Below are positions 61,789 to 64,000 of a DNA stretch of 64,000 nucleotides, piece by piece. The first letter of the stretch is position 1; every line of letters starts with the position of its first letter. A model generated the notes under the pieces. It saw only the letters and a program-made list of their open reading frames with translations, ran no database searches and had not been told where the DNA came from. The translations under genes were made by a program, and so were the position numbers. Source of the stretch: Scyliorhinus canicula (lineage: Eukaryota); NCBI RefSeq assembly GCF_902713615.1, contig NC_052158.1, positions 45,719,159 to 45,783,158 on the forward strand, given 5' to 3'.

Positions 61789-64000
61789 AAAGAATAAAGA
61801 AAATTACAGCACAGGAACAGGCCCTTCGGCCCTCCCAGCCTGCGCCGATCCAGATCCTTTATCTAAACATGTCTCCTATTTTCCAAGGTCTACTTCCCTC
61901 TGTTGCCACCCGTTCATATACCTGTCTAGATGCCTCTTAAATGATGCTATCGTGCCCGCCTCTACCACCTCCGCTGGTAAAGCGTTCCAGGCACTCACCA
62001 CCCTCTGCGTAAAAAACTTTCCACGCACATCTCCCTTAAACTTCCCCCCTCTCACCTTGAAATCGTGACCCCCTGTAACTGACACCCCCACTCTTGGAAA
62101 AAGCTTGTTGCTATCCACCCTGTCCATACCTCTCATAATTTTGTATACCTCAATCAGGTTCCCCCCTCAACCTCCGTCTTTCCAATGAAAACAATCCTAA
62201 TCTACTCAACCTTTCTTCATAGCTAGCACCCTCCATACCAGGCAACATCCTGGTGAACCTCCTCTGCACCCTCTCCAAAGCATCCACATCCTTCTGGTAA
62301 TGTGGCGGCCAGAACTGTACACAGTATTCCAAATGTGGCCGAACCAAAGTCCTATACAACTGTAACATGACCTGCCAACTCTTGTACTCAATACCCCGGC
62401 CGATGAAGGCAAGCATGCTGTATGCCTTCTTGACCACTCTATCAACCTGCGTTGCCACCTTCAGGGTACAATGGACCTGAACTCCCAGATCTCTCTGTAC
62501 ATCAATTTTCCCCAGGACCCTTCCATTGACCATATAGTCCGCTCTTGAATTTGATCTTCCAAAATGCATCACCTCGCATTTGCCTGGATTGAACTCCATC
62601 TGCCATTTCTCTGCCCAACTCTCCAATCTATCTATATTTTGTTGTATTCTCTGACAGTCCTCCTCGCTATCTGCAACTCCACCAATCTTAGTATCATCTG
62701 CAAACTTGTTAATCAGACCACCTATACCTTCCTCCAGGTCATTTATGTAGATCACAAACAACAGTGGTCTGAGCACGGATCCCTGTGGAACACCACTAGT
62801 CACCCGTCTCCATTTTGAGACACTCCCTTCCACCACTACTCTCTGTCTCCTGTTGCCCAGCCAGTTCTTTATCCATCTAGCTAGTACACCCTGAACCACA
62901 TACGACTTCACTTTTGCCATCAACCTGCCATGGGAAACCTTATCAAACGCCTTACTAAAGTCCATGTATATGACATCTACAGCCCTTCCCTCATCAATTA
63001 ACTTTGTCACTTCCTCAAAGAATTCTATTAGGTTTGTAAGACATGACCTTCCCTGCACAAAACCATGCTGCCTATCACTGATAAGTCTATTTTCTTCCAG
63101 ATGTGAATAGATCCTATCCCTCAGTATCTTCTCCAACAGTTTGCCTACCACTGACGTCAAGCTCACAGGTCTGTAATTCCCTGGATTATCCCTGCTACCC
63201 TTTTTAAACAAAGGGACAACATTAGCAATTCTCCAGTCCTCCGGGACCTCACCCGTGCTCAAGGATGCTGCAAAGATATCTGTTAAGGCCCCAGCTATTT
63301 CGTCCTTCGCTTCCCTCAGTAACCTGGGATAGATCCCATCCGGTCCTGGGGATTTGTCCACCTTAATGTCTTTTAGAATACCCAAAACTTCCCCCTTCCG
63401 TATGACAACTTGACCTAGAGTATTTAAACATCCATCCCTAGCCTTAACATCCATCTTGTCCCTCTCCTTTGTGAATACCAATGCAAAGTACTCATTAAGA
63501 ATCTCACCCATTTCCTCTGAGTCCACGCATAAATTCCCTCTCTTGTCTTTGAGTGGGCCAATCCTTTCCCTAGTTACCCTCTTGCTCCTTACATAACGAA
63601 TAAAAGGCTTTGGGATTTTCCTTAACCCGGTTAGCCAAAGATATTTCATGACCCCTTTTAGCCCTTTTTATCGCGCGTTTGAGATTCGTCCTACTTTCCC
63701 GATATTCCTCCAAAATTTCATCAGTTTTGAGTCGCCTCGATCTTACATATGCTTCCTTTTTCCTCTTAGCTAGTCTCACAATTTCACCCATCATCCATGG
63801 TTCCCTAATCTAGCCATTTCTATCTCTCATTTTCACAGGAACATGTCTGTCCTGCACTCTAATCAACCTTTCCTTAAAAGACTCCCACATTTCAAATGTG
63901 GATTTACCCTTAAACAGCTGCCCCCAATCCACATTCCCTAGCTCCTGCCGAATTTTGCTATACTCTGCCTTTCCCCAATTTAGCACTCTTCCTTTCGGAC
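61789..64000 (-). mobile_element. Young CR1/HER1 LINE ORF2 (RT), runs off the window
   Basis: 499-aa ORF 62150-63649 with SPGPDGIYPR, DFSKAFDKV, KFADDTK; frameshifts at both ends; 3' tail at ~61790. Confidence 0.95.

Noticed and set aside
62150-63649. Active autonomous CR1
   Set aside because: ORF2 is frameshifted near 62150 and ~63630 and the 5' part is outside the window

Overview
Eukaryotic, repeat-rich vertebrate DNA. The repeat content (HE1-type tRNA-derived SINEs, CR1/HER1 LINEs, L1/Tx1 LINEs, GC-rich MITEs, Gypsy LTRs, Penelope ends) points to a cartilaginous fish, probably a catshark-like shark; this is inference from recalled repeat families. The host content is a C2H2 zinc-finger gene cluster: three intact single-exon finger arrays (ZNF-A 7078-7956 -, ZNF-B 22629-23609 -, ZNF-D 59901-61100 +) and one decayed array (ZNF-C ~27545-29040 +). 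They are built from duplicated, partly inverted modules that share promoters, 5' UTR exons, leader and 3' blocks. No KRAB, SCAN or BTB domain is visible. The best novel candidate is a frame-consistent three-exon splice model (7956-7168, 6441-6288, 6199-5379; 587 aa). It fuses the 9-finger array of ZNF-A to an acidic, coiled-coil region resembling the C-terminal part of a Harbinger Myb/SANT-like accessory protein. Other points: a tandemly amplified ZNF143-type motif in a head-to-head promoter, a pol-less Gag-only LTR element inserted in a minisatellite, and a Penelope fold-back hairpin. All alignments were done by eye and TE boundaries are approximate unless a TSD is quoted.
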